A stretch of DNA of 52,808 nucleotides from Candidatus Omnitrophota bacterium (lineage in GTDB: Bacteria > Omnitrophota > Gorgyraeia > JAHJTE01): positions 1-52,808 of the forward strand of contig JAGVEL010000039.1 of NCBI GenBank assembly GCA_020058285.1, in the 5' to 3' direction. Positions 30,731-41,148 of this stretch are shown here, piece after piece. The position numbers and the translations under genes are program-made. Each line of letters opens with the position of its first letter. The stretch's first letter is position 1. The notes under the pieces are model-generated. The model made no database searches, was not told the DNA's origin, and saw only the letters and a program-made list of their open reading frames with translations.

Positions 30731-30892
30731 TAAACTTCTAAAATTAAAGATTAGGCGCGCAAATGGGTACCTGCCAAAACCTGCTAAAGCTGACAATCCA
30801 GATTTTATGTTTCTATTTCTAAAGCTAAAAAAACTGTTAATTTTGACTGACGTTTTGGCCTAAAATTTAGGCGCAAGCAATGGAGGATTAAG

Positions 30893-31942
30893 ATGAGTAT
30901 CGTGAAAAAAGGGCCAGACACAGCTCTTGTTCAAAATGAGCGCAAAAAAGCATTAGAGTTAGCCTTAAGCCAGATTGAAAAACAATTCGGCAAGGGTTCA
31001 ATCATGAAATTGGGCTCAAATTTTGTTCTTAATGTGGAGGCGATTTCTACGGGGGCATTTTCTTTAGATTTGGCTCTGGGCGTAGGCGGATTACCTCGGG
31101 GCAGGGTTACTGAAATTTTTGGTCCGGAATCTTCAGGCAAAACTACACTTACTTTAAGTGCTATTCGCCAGACACAAATCAAGGGCGGAGTAGCAGCATT
31201 CATTGATGCTGAGCATGCTTTTGATTCTACCTATGCCAAAAAACTGGGGATTAACCTTGATGAGATGTTGATTTCACAGCCAGATAACGGAGAGCAGGCG
31301 TTGGAGATTGCCGAAACATTGGTGCGTTCAAATGCCGTAGACTTAATAGTCATTGATTCTGTAGCGGCTTTAACTCCCCGTGCAGAGATTGAAGGCGAGA
31401 TGGGGGATTCATTTATTGGCTTACAGGCCAGGTTAATGAGCCAGGCTTTAAGAAAACTGACTGCAGCAATCAGCAAATCAAAAACCTGTGTAGTGTTCAT
31501 CAACCAGCTTAGAGAAAAGATCGGCGTTATGTTTGGAAATCCGGAAACAACTCCTGGCGGCCGGGCATTAAAATTCTATTCTTCGGTACGTATTGATTTA
31601 AGGCGCACGGAAAAGATAAAAGTCGGTGAAGATATTATTGGCAATCGGGTAAGGGTGCGAGTCGTGAAGAACAAGGTCGCGCCACCGTTTAAAGAAACAG
31701 AATTTGATATTCTTTATCAAGAAGGTATAGACTCTCTGGGGAATTTATTGGAGAGCGCAGCTAATCTCGGTGTTATTGAAAAATCCGGTGCCTGGTTTAT
31801 TTATGGAGAGCAAAAACTCGGGCAGGGTAAAGAGAATGCCAAACAATATTTAAAAGAAAACCCCAAGCTAATAAAAGAAATTGAAAGTAAAGCAAAAGAA
31901 ACAGTGCTAAAACGCGAAACAAAGGAAGAAAATAAACAATAA
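30893..31942 (+). CDS. recA: Recombinase RecA
   Basis: [49 protein letters not shown]. Confidence 0.98.
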   Translation: MSIVKKGPDTALVQNERKKALELALSQIEKQFGKGSIMKLGSNFVLNVEAISTGAFSLDLALGVGGLPRGRVTEIFGPESSGKTTLTLSAIRQTQIKGGVAAFIDAEHAFDSTYAKKLGINLDEMLISQPDNGEQALEIAETLVRSNAVDLIVIDSVAALTPRAEIEGEMGDSFIGLQARLMSQALRKLTAAISKSKTCVVFINQLREKIGVMFGNPETTPGGRALKFYSSVRIDLRRTEKIKVGEDIIGNRVRVRVVKNKVAPPFKETEFDILYQEGIDSLGNLLESAANLGVIEKSGAWFIYGEQKLGQGKENAKQYLKENPKLIKEIESKAKETVLKRETKEENKQ

Positions 31943-31953
31943 GAGGAGTCAGT

Positions 31954-33480
31954 ATGGTAAATTTAATGAACAAAAAAAGACTTATATTTTTTTCAGTTGC
32001 TTTATTTTGCGGTGTGATTATTGGCCTTATTATTGCTGCCAAATTTAATTTTGAACCTGGGCTTAAAAGTGCGACAACAAGTGAAGTGCTCAACTCTTCA
32101 TTATTAAGCACAAGCAATGTTCCTTTTGAGCATGCTGTAATCAATGTGGCAGATAAGGTCGGCAAGGCAGTGGTTTCAATCAGCTCAGAATCAGTAGAGC
32201 ATGTCCAATATGGCAGAAAGAACATTAGTCCATTTGGCAGCCAGAATGAAGATGATCCTTTAAAGAAATTTTTTGATGAGTTTTTCGGAGAAATGCCAGA
32301 TAGGGAGTATAAACATATGGGTTTAGGTTCAGGGGTAATTATTGATTCCAACGGTTATATCCTGACCAATGAGCATGTAGTCCGGGATGCAGATAAATTG
32401 ACTGTTAAGTTATCCGATGGCCGGCAATTTAAAGCTAAGGTTAGAGGCGCTGATCCGCTTTCTGATTTAGCGGTAATTGAAATCCAAGCGAAAAATTTAC
32501 CCATAGCCATCCTGGGTGATTCAGATAACCTAAAGATCGGCCAGTGGGTTGTAGCAATCGGTAACCCATTTGGTTTTGCTTTGCAGAATCCTGAGCCGAC
32601 AGTAACCGCCGGGGTAGTGAGTGCCTTACATCGCTCATTAAGCCGGTCTCTGGGCAGGCAAAAAGATTATTCCGACTTGATTCAGACTGATGCAGCGATT
32701 AATCCCGGAAATTCCGGAGGACCATTGGTTAATTTAGATGGTGAGATTATTGGAATTAATGTGGCAATATTTTCTACAAGCGGCGGTTATGAGGGAATCG
32801 GGTTTGCCATTCCGATAAACAATGCAAAGCGCATAGTTTCAAAATTAATTAAAGGCGAAGAAGTTGTATATGGCTGGTTAGGGATCACAATCCAAAATAT
32901 AGACCAGAAATTAGCTGATTATTTAGAGTTAGCTTCTAATCAGGGTGTGTTAGTGGCAAATGTGTTAAAGGGGAGCCCTGCAGAAAAAGCCGGAATGCAG
33001 AGTTCTGATGTAATAGTAGAATTTGATTCTCAAGCAATCAAAGATACACGTGATTTATTGAAGATCGTTGGCCAGGCTCCGGTAGGCAAAAAAGTAACCG
33101 TAGTAGTCATACGCGAGAAAAAGAAGCAGAGCTTGCAAGTTGAAATAGGTCAAAGGCCCCCTGAAGATAAATTAGTACAAAACATTGCTGGCTCAGAAGA
33201 GCAAAAACAGGCACAAAAGTGGCGCGGCTTAGCTGTTGGTGATATAACCGAAGATTTAGCCAGACGTTTTAAACTAGAGCAAAATAGCGGCGTAATCGTG
33301 TCTGACGTAGAAAGTGGCTCGGCTGCTGATGAGGCAGGCATAGTTCCCGGAGATATAATATTAGAGCTGAATAAACAAGAAGTAAACAATGTTGATGATT
33401 TTAATAAAATAAAAGATAAGGTCAGCGCAGATTGCCTAGTTAGGATGAACCGGGGTTATTTCGTAATTTCGTCTAAATGA
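31954..33480 (+). CDS. degP: HtrA/DegP (Do) serine protease with two PDZ domains
   Basis: GSGVII, LTNEHVV, DLAV, IQTDAAINPGNSGGPL, two PDZ regions. Confidence 0.93.
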   Translation: MVNLMNKKRLIFFSVALFCGVIIGLIIAAKFNFEPGLKSATTSEVLNSSLLSTSNVPFEHAVINVADKVGKAVVSISSESVEHVQYGRKNISPFGSQNEDDPLKKFFDEFFGEMPDREYKHMGLGSGVIIDSNGYILTNEHVVRDADKLTVKLSDGRQFKAKVRGADPLSDLAVIEIQAKNLPIAILGDSDNLKIGQWVVAIGNPFGFALQNPEPTVTAGVVSALHRSLSRSLGRQKDYSDLIQTDAAINPGNSGGPLVNLDGEIIGINVAIFSTSGGYEGIGFAIPINNAKRIVSKLIKGEEVVYGWLGITIQNIDQKLADYLELASNQGVLVANVLKGSPAEKAGMQSSDVIVEFDSQAIKDTRDLLKIVGQAPVGKKVTVVVIREKKKQSLQVEIGQRPPEDKLVQNIAGSEEQKQAQKWRGLAVGDITEDLARRFKLEQNSGVIVSDVESGSAADEAGIVPGDIILELNKQEVNNVDDFNKIKDKVSADCLVRMNRGYFVISSK

Positions 33481-33956
33481 GCCGAGAGCGCACAATAGAA
33501 AGTAAACTTAGGAACTATGTTTTTTTACTTTTAAAATACCGTAGCCGCAGCGAAAAAGAAATAAGGGAAAAATTAACAACCAAAAAAAATCCTCCAGAAA
33601 TTATAGATAAGGTAATCGCAGATTTAAAAAAAATCGGGCTGATTGATGATAGAAAGTTTGCCTTAGATTGGCTAAATTTCAGATTAAAAGCCGCATTTGG
33701 AATAAAGAAAGTAATTTTTGAGCTAAAACAAAAAGGCATAGATAAAGATATTATCAATGAGCTTATTAAGCGAGCCGAAAAAGAAAACTTGAGTTCGGGT
33801 ATATTACAGTCTTTGGCCGAAAAGAAATTCAGGATGTTAGGCAAGCGCCATATGGATAAATTTAAGATAAAACAAAAGTTATTTAATTACCTAATGCGGC
33901 GCGGATTTTCTCCGGCGGACACTTTGGGTTGTTTGGATAAGTTGGTTAGAAGATAA
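33477..33956 (+). CDS. recX: Regulatory protein RecX
   Basis: LLKYRSRSEKEI..KL, GLIDDRKFA, G.KKVIFELKQKGI, YLMRRGF; near recA and before alaS. Confidence 0.85.
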   Translation: MSRERTIESKLRNYVFLLLKYRSRSEKEIREKLTTKKNPPEIIDKVIADLKKIGLIDDRKFALDWLNFRLKAAFGIKKVIFELKQKGIDKDIINELIKRAEKENLSSGILQSLAEKKFRMLGKRHMDKFKIKQKLFNYLMRRGFSPADTLGCLDKLVRR

Positions 33957-33961
33957 AAATT

Positions 33962-36607
33962 ATGGATTCAAACACATTAAGGGAAAAATTTTTAACATAT
34001 TTCAAAAGTAAAAATCATAAGATTCTGAATAGCGATTCTCTTGTGCCGGTAGGAGACCTAAGTGTGCTTTTTACTTCAGCTGGGATGAATCAGTTTAAGA
34101 GTCAATTCTTAGGGGTGGGTGTTATATATCCCAGAGTAGCGACCTGTCAGAAGTGTTTGCGCACTGATGATTTGGATAAGGTGGGCCAAACTTGCGGCCA
34201 TCATACCTTTTTTGAAATGTTAGGTAATTTTTCATTCGGCGATTATTTTAAAAAGGAGGCCATCAGCTTTGCCTGGGAATTTTTAACCAATGAATTAGGC
34301 ATAGCCAAAAATAAATTATGGGTTTCAGTTTACGAATCAGATGATGAGAGTTTTGATATCTGGCAAAAAGAAATTGGCGTAGAAATTCAAAAAATTGTAA
34401 AGCTTGGTGATAAGCAGAATTTTTGGCCGTCAGAGGCAAAGACAAAAGGCCCTAACGGACCTTGCGGTCCTTGTTCGGAAATATTCTTTGATTTGGGTAA
34501 AGAAGTTGGTTGCGCGAAAGTTGATTGTACTCCGGCTTGTAATTGCGGTCGCTTTCTGGAAGTCTGGAATTTAGTTTTTACCAGCTTTGAGAGAAAACCT
34601 GATGCTAGCCTCTTGGCCCTGTCTCAGAAAAATATCGATACTGGCATGGGCTTAGAAAGGTTAGCTGCCGTAATGCAAGAGGCTAATACTAACTTTGAAA
34701 CCGATTTATTTATACCGATTATTAATGAGGTGTTAAAGCTTGCACCCCAGAAAATAAATTTAGATAGTAGCGCAAAGAAATTTAGATTATCGGCCATTGC
34801 TGATCATATTCGCGCAATATGTTTTGCGATTACTGACGGAGTATATCCATCTAACGAAGACCGGGGTTATGTTATAAGAAATCTAATCCGTAGAGCTTTT
34901 ATTTTTGGCAAAGAATTAGGGATTAATGGCCCGTTTTTATTCCAATTAGTTGATACATTAGGCCGGGTGATGCATAAGCCCTACCCGGAAATTTTGGATT
35001 ACAGAGACAATATCTCTCAGATTATCCGCAGTGAAGAAGAGAGGTTTATCAGCACTTTAGAGTTGCGCATGCCGGAGTTTTGTGCTGCTATTAAAGAGTT
35101 GGCAGAAAAAAATGTCTCCGAAGTGCCGGTGGATATATTGTTTAAGTTTTATGATACATTCGGCCTCCCCTGGGATTTAATGGAGGCTGAGGCAAAAAAA
35201 TTTCATATAACCTGTAACAAGGAAAAGTTTTCTAAGCTTTTAGATAAACAGCGCAAACAATCCCGGGATAAGTCAAAACTATCCAGTTCAATTTTCGGTA
35301 AATTGTACGATTTTAAAAGAGAGACAATTGAATTTATTGATTGCCAGAGCGTAAATTCCAAGGTAATCGCAATATTTAGGGATGAAGCCGGTGGCAAGAA
35401 GTCTCTGATTACCAAGGCTGCGGCGCCGATGTTAGTTGAGATTGTTTTGGATAAGACCTGCTTTTACGCAGAGAGTGGCGGCCAAATCGGCGATACTGGT
35501 GTTTTAGAAAATGAACGCACTAAAATTGAGATTATGGACACCAAGACAATTGATGGCACGATAGTGCATTTTGGCAAGATGTTAAAAGGCGAGGTTAATG
35601 TTAATGATAACCTTTGCGTAACAATCGATGCAAAACGTAGACTGGCAATTATGCGTAATCATACCGCCACTCATTTATTGCAAGCCGCGTTAAGAAATAT
35701 CTTAGGTAATCATGTTCGACAGCAGGGTTCATTAGTTACTGACAAATATTTGCGTTTTGATTTTACGCATCCCAAGGCAATAAAAAAAGAAGAACTGGAA
35801 AGAATCGAAGAATTGGTTAACGAATTTATTATGGCTGATGATCCGCTAAAAAAAGAAATTAAATCTTTAGCTGAAGCTAAAAAGTCCGGAGCATTGGCTT
35901 TCTTTGACCAGCGTTATGCTGATACGGTCAAGGTTGTGTCAATTAATGATTATTCCAAAGAATTATGCGGCGGTTCACATTTAGACTCAACCGGACAGGT
36001 TGGTTATTTTAGGATAATTTCTGAGTCATCTATCGCCAGCGGAATTAGGCGCCTTGAAGCTTGCACTGGTGCTTTTGCCGTTAGTCTGGGCAAAATTGAC
36101 AGAGCGATTCTTAATAGCCTGTCAAAAGAACTAAATGCCTCAAGCGAAAATTTGACTTCTGAAGTCCAAAATTTAAAGGAATCTCTCAAAAATTTTGAGA
36201 AAGAATTGTCGGTTATGAAATTAGATACATTTAGAAAAACTTGCGCTAAGTTTTTAGAAGCCGTAATAAACATAGATGGGGTAAATGTTGTTTCAGGTTT
36301 AGTAGATAATTGTGATTATGAGTTAATGCGCAAAATTGCTGATGAATTAAAAACAAAGGTAAGTCAGGCAATTATAATTTTAGGCTCTATTTATCAGAAT
36401 CGCGCGTTGATTATTGTTAGCCTGACCCCGGATTTGGTAAAACAAGGATTTTTAGCATCGGAAATCGTGAAACCTTTGGCAAATTCGATTGGCGGCAGTG
36501 GTGGCGGCACCAAGCAATTAGCTCAAGCTGGCTCAAGCAACGTAGCTGGCTTAGCTGAGTTTTTTAAAAATTTAAAACAGATTATTGAGCCGGAGTTAAA
36601 AAAGTGA
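33962..36607 (+). CDS. alaS: Alanine--tRNA ligase
   Basis: FTSAGMNQFK, HHTFFEMLGNFSFGDYFK, IDTGMGLERL, NHTATHLL, ELCGGSH, GGSGGG. Confidence 0.97.
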   Translation: MDSNTLREKFLTYFKSKNHKILNSDSLVPVGDLSVLFTSAGMNQFKSQFLGVGVIYPRVATCQKCLRTDDLDKVGQTCGHHTFFEMLGNFSFGDYFKKEAISFAWEFLTNELGIAKNKLWVSVYESDDESFDIWQKEIGVEIQKIVKLGDKQNFWPSEAKTKGPNGPCGPCSEIFFDLGKEVGCAKVDCTPACNCGRFLEVWNLVFTSFERKPDASLLALSQKNIDTGMGLERLAAVMQEANTNFETDLFIPIINEVLKLAPQKINLDSSAKKFRLSAIADHIRAICFAITDGVYPSNEDRGYVIRNLIRRAFIFGKELGINGPFLFQLVDTLGRVMHKPYPEILDYRDNISQIIRSEEERFISTLELRMPEFCAAIKELAEKNVSEVPVDILFKFYDTFGLPWDLMEAEAKKFHITCNKEKFSKLLDKQRKQSRDKSKLSSSIFGKLYDFKRETIEFIDCQSVNSKVIAIFRDEAGGKKSLITKAAAPMLVEIVLDKTCFYAESGGQIGDTGVLENERTKIEIMDTKTIDGTIVHFGKMLKGEVNVNDNLCVTIDAKRRLAIMRNHTATHLLQAALRNILGNHVRQQGSLVTDKYLRFDFTHPKAIKKEELERIEELVNEFIMADDPLKKEIKSLAEAKKSGALAFFDQRYADTVKVVSINDYSKELCGGSHLDSTGQVGYFRIISESSIASGIRRLEACTGAFAVSLGKIDRAILNSLSKELNASSENLTSEVQNLKESLKNFEKELSVMKLDTFRKTCAKFLEAVINIDGVNVVSGLVDNCDYELMRKIADELKTKVSQAIIILGSIYQNRALIIVSLTPDLVKQGFLASEIVKPLANSIGGSGGGTKQLAQAGSSNVAGLAEFFKNLKQIIEPELKK

Positions 36608-37839
36608 AGATTATCCGATTAAATAGCAAAGAGATTGAAAAAATATATAACCGCACGCTTATTGATAGAAAACGAATTCGTGAACGTGTCCGCAGAATCT
36701 TAGAAGATGTGCGCTTGTTTGGTGATGAGGCATTAATTAAATATACTCGTAAGTTTGACAAGGTAAAACAAAGCAGTAAGCAATTGCGCGTAAGTGAGAG
36801 CGAAATAAGTGCTGCCTATCAAAATATAAGTTCGGATTTTATCTCGACTTTAAAATTGGTTATTGAAAATATTAACCGATTTTATAAAAAACAAATCAAG
36901 AAATCCTGGAAGACAGGCAACAGCGACGGCGTAATCTTAGGCGAACTGATTAACCCCATAGAAAATATCGGAGTTTATGTGCCGGCCGGTACTGCGCCGT
37001 TATTTTCCAGCGTGTATATGTCAGTTCTTCCGGCAAAACTTGCCGGAGTAAAACGTATTGTTCTGGTTACTCCGCCGAGAAGCAATGGATTTGTTGACCC
37101 GCATATCTTGGTGGTTGCGGACCTTTTAAAGGTTAATGAGATTTATAAAGTTGGCGGAGCACAGGCAATTGCTGCTTTAGCTTTTGGTACAAAAACTATT
37201 TCACGCGTGGATAAGATTGTCGGGCCAGGCAATATGTATGTAACTGAGGCTAAAAAGCAGGTTTTTGGCTTCTGTGACATTGATATGCTTGCTGGGCCTA
37301 CAGAATTAGCAATTATTGCAAATAGATTTTCTAATCCGGATTTTGTCAAGGCAGATATCCTGGCTCAAACTGAACACGCCGGAGGCCTGGCAATATTGAT
37401 TACTAATTCCAAACAGCTGGCGCGGCAATTAAAGAATGAAATTAAGCCTGGGTTTATCATAATTACTGAAAACTTAGAGGCTGCTGTTGATGTTGCGAAT
37501 AAAATCGCTCCAGAGCATTTAGAAATTCTGATTAATAATCCGCGGCGTTTGCTTAAAAAAATAAAGAACGCCGGTGCAGTATTTTTAGGCCCATATAGCC
37601 CGGTTGCGGTCGGAGATTATGTTGCCGGCCCGAGTCATGTACTGCCTACCGGAGGCAGTGCCAGGTTTTTCTCAGGTTTAGGTTTAAATGACTTTTTAAA
37701 ATCAACGCATGTAATCTGGTATTCTAAAAAAGCCCTGGAATCAGTAAAGGGTGCTTTAGAAAAAATCGGCACAGCTGAAGGCTTGATAAAGCACATTGAT
37801 TCAGTCAAGGCAAGATTTATTGAAAAACCAAACAAATAA
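36604..37839 (+). CDS. hisD: Histidinol dehydrogenase
   Basis: GVYVPAG, GGAQAIAALA, KIVGPGN.YV, DMLAGPTE, APEHLE, GDYVAGPSHVLPT. Confidence 0.95.
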   Translation: MKIIRLNSKEIEKIYNRTLIDRKRIRERVRRILEDVRLFGDEALIKYTRKFDKVKQSSKQLRVSESEISAAYQNISSDFISTLKLVIENINRFYKKQIKKSWKTGNSDGVILGELINPIENIGVYVPAGTAPLFSSVYMSVLPAKLAGVKRIVLVTPPRSNGFVDPHILVVADLLKVNEIYKVGGAQAIAALAFGTKTISRVDKIVGPGNMYVTEAKKQVFGFCDIDMLAGPTELAIIANRFSNPDFVKADILAQTEHAGGLAILITNSKQLARQLKNEIKPGFIIITENLEAAVDVANKIAPEHLEILINNPRRLLKKIKNAGAVFLGPYSPVAVGDYVAGPSHVLPTGGSARFFSGLGLNDFLKSTHVIWYSKKALESVKGALEKIGTAEGLIKHIDSVKARFIEKPNK

Positions 37840-37850
37840 GCGAGGTTACG

Positions 37851-38465
37851 ATGGCGAATAAGCGGCAAGCAAATATTGAACGTAAGACCAATGAGGTTAA
37901 AATCATTGGTAACTTTGTCTTGGATGGCGAAGGTAAGCAAGATATAAAAACGCCGTTTGATTCTTTGAATCATATGCTCGGCTTACTTGCTTTTCATGGT
38001 TTTTTTGATTTAGAGTTAAAAGCAGAAGGCGACTTAAGTCACCATATTGTTGAGGATATCGGTATTGCTTTAGGTGACGCATTTCGAAAGTCGCTGGGTG
38101 ATACTTTATCAATTCAGCGCTTTGGGTTTGGTTCAGCGCCAATGGATGAGGTGTTGGTTAATATTACAGTTGATATCAGCGGAAGGTCAAAGTTAGTCGA
38201 GGAATCTGTTGGGTTTAACGAAGACAATCTTGATTTAAAACAAGGCGACTTTAAGAATTTTTTAGACGCGTTTGTAAATCATGCTAAAATTACCCTGCAT
38301 ATACGTATTTCTATACCCGGAAGCCCTGCGGTTCGGCAAGTTCCTGATTCTCATCACTATTTTGAAGCTTTATTTAAAGCCCTGGCTATTGCCTTGGATA
38401 AAGCCTGCCAGATAGACCATAGGCGCAAAGGAGTTCCCTCAACAAAAGGCGTGATTGATTTATGA
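37851..38465 (+). CDS. hisB: Imidazoleglycerol-phosphate dehydratase
   Basis: RKTNE, NHML, HHIVED, PMDE, HHYFEALFKA, PSTKG. Confidence 0.93.
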   Translation: MANKRQANIERKTNEVKIIGNFVLDGEGKQDIKTPFDSLNHMLGLLAFHGFFDLELKAEGDLSHHIVEDIGIALGDAFRKSLGDTLSIQRFGFGSAPMDEVLVNITVDISGRSKLVEESVGFNEDNLDLKQGDFKNFLDAFVNHAKITLHIRISIPGSPAVRQVPDSHHYFEALFKALAIALDKACQIDHRRKGVPSTKGVIDL

Positions 38466-39064
38466 TTCTGATTGTTGATTATATGATGGGAAATTTGCGC
38501 TCAGTCCAAAAGGCCTGCCTTTTAACTAGAAAAGATTGTAAGGTTAGCGCAAGCTGGAGAGAAATAGAGAAGGCAAAAAAGATAATTCTGCCTGGCGTAG
38601 GCGCATTCGCAGACGCAGTCAAAGAATTAAAACGCTTAAAAATTTTTGATGTTTTAAAAGATAAGCTAAATTCCGGCACACCAATTTTGGGCGTTTGTTT
38701 AGGCATGCAGCTTCTTTTTTCATCTAGCGAAGAGGCGCCGGCAGCTAAGGGTTTAGATATTATTAAAGGAAAAGTTAAACTTTTTACCGGTAAGGTTAAG
38801 GTGCCTCAAATTGGCTGGAATCAGCTTGGAATAAAGGATAAGAACTGCCCAATATTAAAAGGCGTAAAAAATAATTCATTTGTTTATTTCTGCCATTCTT
38901 ATTATTGTGCGCCAATGGATAAGAGTATCATAGCTGGCCAAACAGACTATGGTGCTAAATATGCAAGCGTAATCTGGCAAGATAATATTTTTGGAGTTCA
39001 ATTTCACCCGGAAAAAAGCCAGGCTAACGGCTTAAAAATATTAAAAAACTTTTTGCTTCTTTAA
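38462..39064 (+). CDS. hisH: IGP synthase glutamine amidotransferase subunit
   Basis: GNLRSV, LPGVGAF, GVCLGMQLL, HSYY, QFHPEKS. Confidence 0.95.
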   Translation: MILIVDYMMGNLRSVQKACLLTRKDCKVSASWREIEKAKKIILPGVGAFADAVKELKRLKIFDVLKDKLNSGTPILGVCLGMQLLFSSSEEAPAAKGLDIIKGKVKLFTGKVKVPQIGWNQLGIKDKNCPILKGVKNNSFVYFCHSYYCAPMDKSIIAGQTDYGAKYASVIWQDNIFGVQFHPEKSQANGLKILKNFLLL

Positions 39065-39072
39065 ATTGACTA

Positions 39073-39849
39073 ATGCTCATAATTCCTGCCGTAGATATAA
39101 AGGATGGCTTGGTAGTAAGATTGTATCAAGGCGATTTTAGCAAACAATCTGAATACAAGACTGATCCCTTGTCTGCGGCTTTGCATTGGCAGACGCTCGG
39201 GGCTAAGCTAATCCATGTCGTTGATTTAAATGGCGCCTTGGAAGGAATACCGAAGAATAAAGATTGGTTGATTAAAATAATAAAAGAACTGGATATTGAT
39301 GTAGAGGTTGGTGGTGGTTTAAGGGATGCCAAGATTATCAATGAATTACTGGATGTTGGGGCAGCGCGGGTAACCTTGGGGTCAAAAGTTTTTTCTGACT
39401 TTTCGTTTCTGGATAATTTTTCTTCGATTCTTAGTGAAAAAATTAGCGTGAGTATTGATGCTAAATTTATGAAGCTTAATACTCAAGAGGGTATTGTCAG
39501 CGACATAATTATGGAAGTCGCAAATTCCGGTTGGAAAAAATCAAGTGAAGTAAGCCTTAATGACTGTTTCAAGAAAATTTATGATAAAGGCGTAAGATTT
39601 GTTAATTTCACCAATATAAAGCTTGATGGGACAATGTCCGGAGTAGATGTCCAAGTAATAAGCGCAGTTATTTCCCGTGCAAATGTTTTCCCCGGGCTTA
39701 AATTAATTGCCTCTGGCGGCGTTGGTTCAATAGCTGACATAGAAAAACTTAAAAAGATTCCGGGCCTTTTCGGAGTTATTGTCGGAAAAGCCTTGTATGA
39801 AGGAAGGCTTGATTTTAAGCAAGCTGTTAAGGTAGCAGAAGGTAGTTAG
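39073..39849 (+). CDS. hisA: ProFAR isomerase
   Basis: IIPAVDI..G.VVRL.QG, HVVDLNGA, VGGGLR, DGTMSG, IASGG, GKALY. Confidence 0.93.
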   Translation: MLIIPAVDIKDGLVVRLYQGDFSKQSEYKTDPLSAALHWQTLGAKLIHVVDLNGALEGIPKNKDWLIKIIKELDIDVEVGGGLRDAKIINELLDVGAARVTLGSKVFSDFSFLDNFSSILSEKISVSIDAKFMKLNTQEGIVSDIIMEVANSGWKKSSEVSLNDCFKKIYDKGVRFVNFTNIKLDGTMSGVDVQVISAVISRANVFPGLKLIASGGVGSIADIEKLKKIPGLFGVIVGKALYEGRLDFKQAVKVAEGS

Positions 39850-39852
39850 CCT

Positions 39853-40608
39853 ATGCTTACAAAACGCATAATTCCGTGTCTGGACGTTTTAGATGGCCGG
39901 GTAGTTAAAGGTGTTAAATTCTTGAATCTTTTGGATGCCGGAGACCCGGTAGCAGTGGCTAAAATCTATGAAGCAGAGTGTGCTGATGAGCTTGTATTTT
40001 TGGATATTACAGCGAGTTTTCAAAAGAGAAAAATTCTACTTGAGGTAGTACGAAAAACTGCCCAGGCTATATTTATGCCGTTTACGGTTGGCGGCGGAAT
40101 AAGAAATATTGACGATATCCGCGATATCTTAAATGCCGGAGCAGATAAGGTGAGTATTAATACTGCAGCAATAGAAAATCCGCAGTTAATTCAATCTGCT
40201 TCAAAGCGGTTCGGCGCACAATGCATTGTTGTAGCTATTGATGCCAGGCGAGAAGGAAAGCTGTTTCGGGTTTTTAGCCATGGCGGCAGAAAGCGTTGCA
40301 AATTAGACGCAATTAGTTGGGCGAAAAAGGCTCAAAAATTAGGTGCGGGTGAAATCTTACTTACGAGTATGGATGCTGATGGTACACAAGAAGGTTTTGA
40401 TATCCAGTTAACCAAGGCAGTTAGTTCTAATGTAAATATTCCGGTTATTGCTTCAGGCGGAGCAGGAAAATTAAAGGATTTTGCCGAAGTTTTGACTAAG
40501 GGTGGGGCGGATGCTGCTTTAGCAGCATCGTTATTTCATTTTCGTACATTGTCCATAAGCCAGGTTAAAAAATATTTAAAATCAAAAAGAATTGCAGTGA
40601 GGGTTTAG
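39853..40608 (+). CDS. hisF: IGP synthase cyclase subunit
   Basis: [45 protein letters not shown]. Confidence 0.96.
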   Translation: MLTKRIIPCLDVLDGRVVKGVKFLNLLDAGDPVAVAKIYEAECADELVFLDITASFQKRKILLEVVRKTAQAIFMPFTVGGGIRNIDDIRDILNAGADKVSINTAAIENPQLIQSASKRFGAQCIVVAIDARREGKLFRVFSHGGRKRCKLDAISWAKKAQKLGAGEILLTSMDADGTQEGFDIQLTKAVSSNVNIPVIASGGAGKLKDFAEVLTKGGADAALAASLFHFRTLSISQVKKYLKSKRIAVRV

Positions 40609-40611
40609 AAA

Positions 40612-40932
40612 ATGAACAAGAATGTTAAGATTTCCTATGACAAAAAAGGGCTTATTCCAGCGGTTATCCAGGATTATAAGACCAGCGAAGTGTTGATGGT
40701 GGCTTTCATGAATAAGGCGTCATTATCTAAAACTATTAAAGATGGTCTGACTTGTTTTTGGTCGCGTTCAAGGCAGAAGTTTTGGACCAAAGGAGAAACC
40801 TCAGGTCATTTTCAGAAGGTTAAAAATATTTTTTATGATTGTGATAAGGATTGCTTGTTAATAAAGGTAAAACAATTAGGACCAGCTTGTCATACGGGCA
40901 ATAGGAGTTGTTTTTATAGGAAGTTAAAATAA
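40612..40932 (+). CDS. hisI: Phosphoribosyl-AMP cyclohydrolase (monofunctional)
   Basis: [35 protein letters not shown]. Confidence 0.95.
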   Translation: MNKNVKISYDKKGLIPAVIQDYKTSEVLMVAFMNKASLSKTIKDGLTCFWSRSRQKFWTKGETSGHFQKVKNIFYDCDKDCLLIKVKQLGPACHTGNRSCFYRKLK

Positions 40933-41148
40933 GCGAGACCACAACTTACGGAAACGCAAGTGACGTAAGTTGTATGGTCGAACTTACCCAGCACTAATTT
41001 TCGATAACGCATTGTGGTATAATTAGTAAGGTTAATTTTTTAGAAAAATTTAATCTATAAATCCAGACTAATTACAAAAATTAGTGCTGGGTTAAATTCG
41101 CGCAAATAATTTACGTCGTTAACACTCCGTAAATTATGCGCTCATTTA
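40930..41148. repeat. Four-way-junction intergenic element, copy 3 (cargo inverted relative to copy 1)
   Basis: TAAGCGA | GACC-ACAACTTACG..CGTAAGTTGT-at-GGTC | GAACTTA-CCCAGCACTAATTTT..AAAATTAGTGCTGGG-TTAAATTC | GCGC-aa-ATAATTTACG..CGTAAATTAT-GCGC | TCATTTA. Confidence 0.88.

Noticed and set aside
30554-30796. 80-aa minus-strand ORF in the GGDEF-recA spacer
   Set aside because: It overlaps the inverted-repeat element and the recA promoter and has no recognisable motif; probably spurious.
30834-30849. E. coli-type SOS box CTGT-N8-ACTG upstream of recA
   Set aside because: Mismatch in the essential CAG half-site, and the organism does not look like a gammaproteobacterium.
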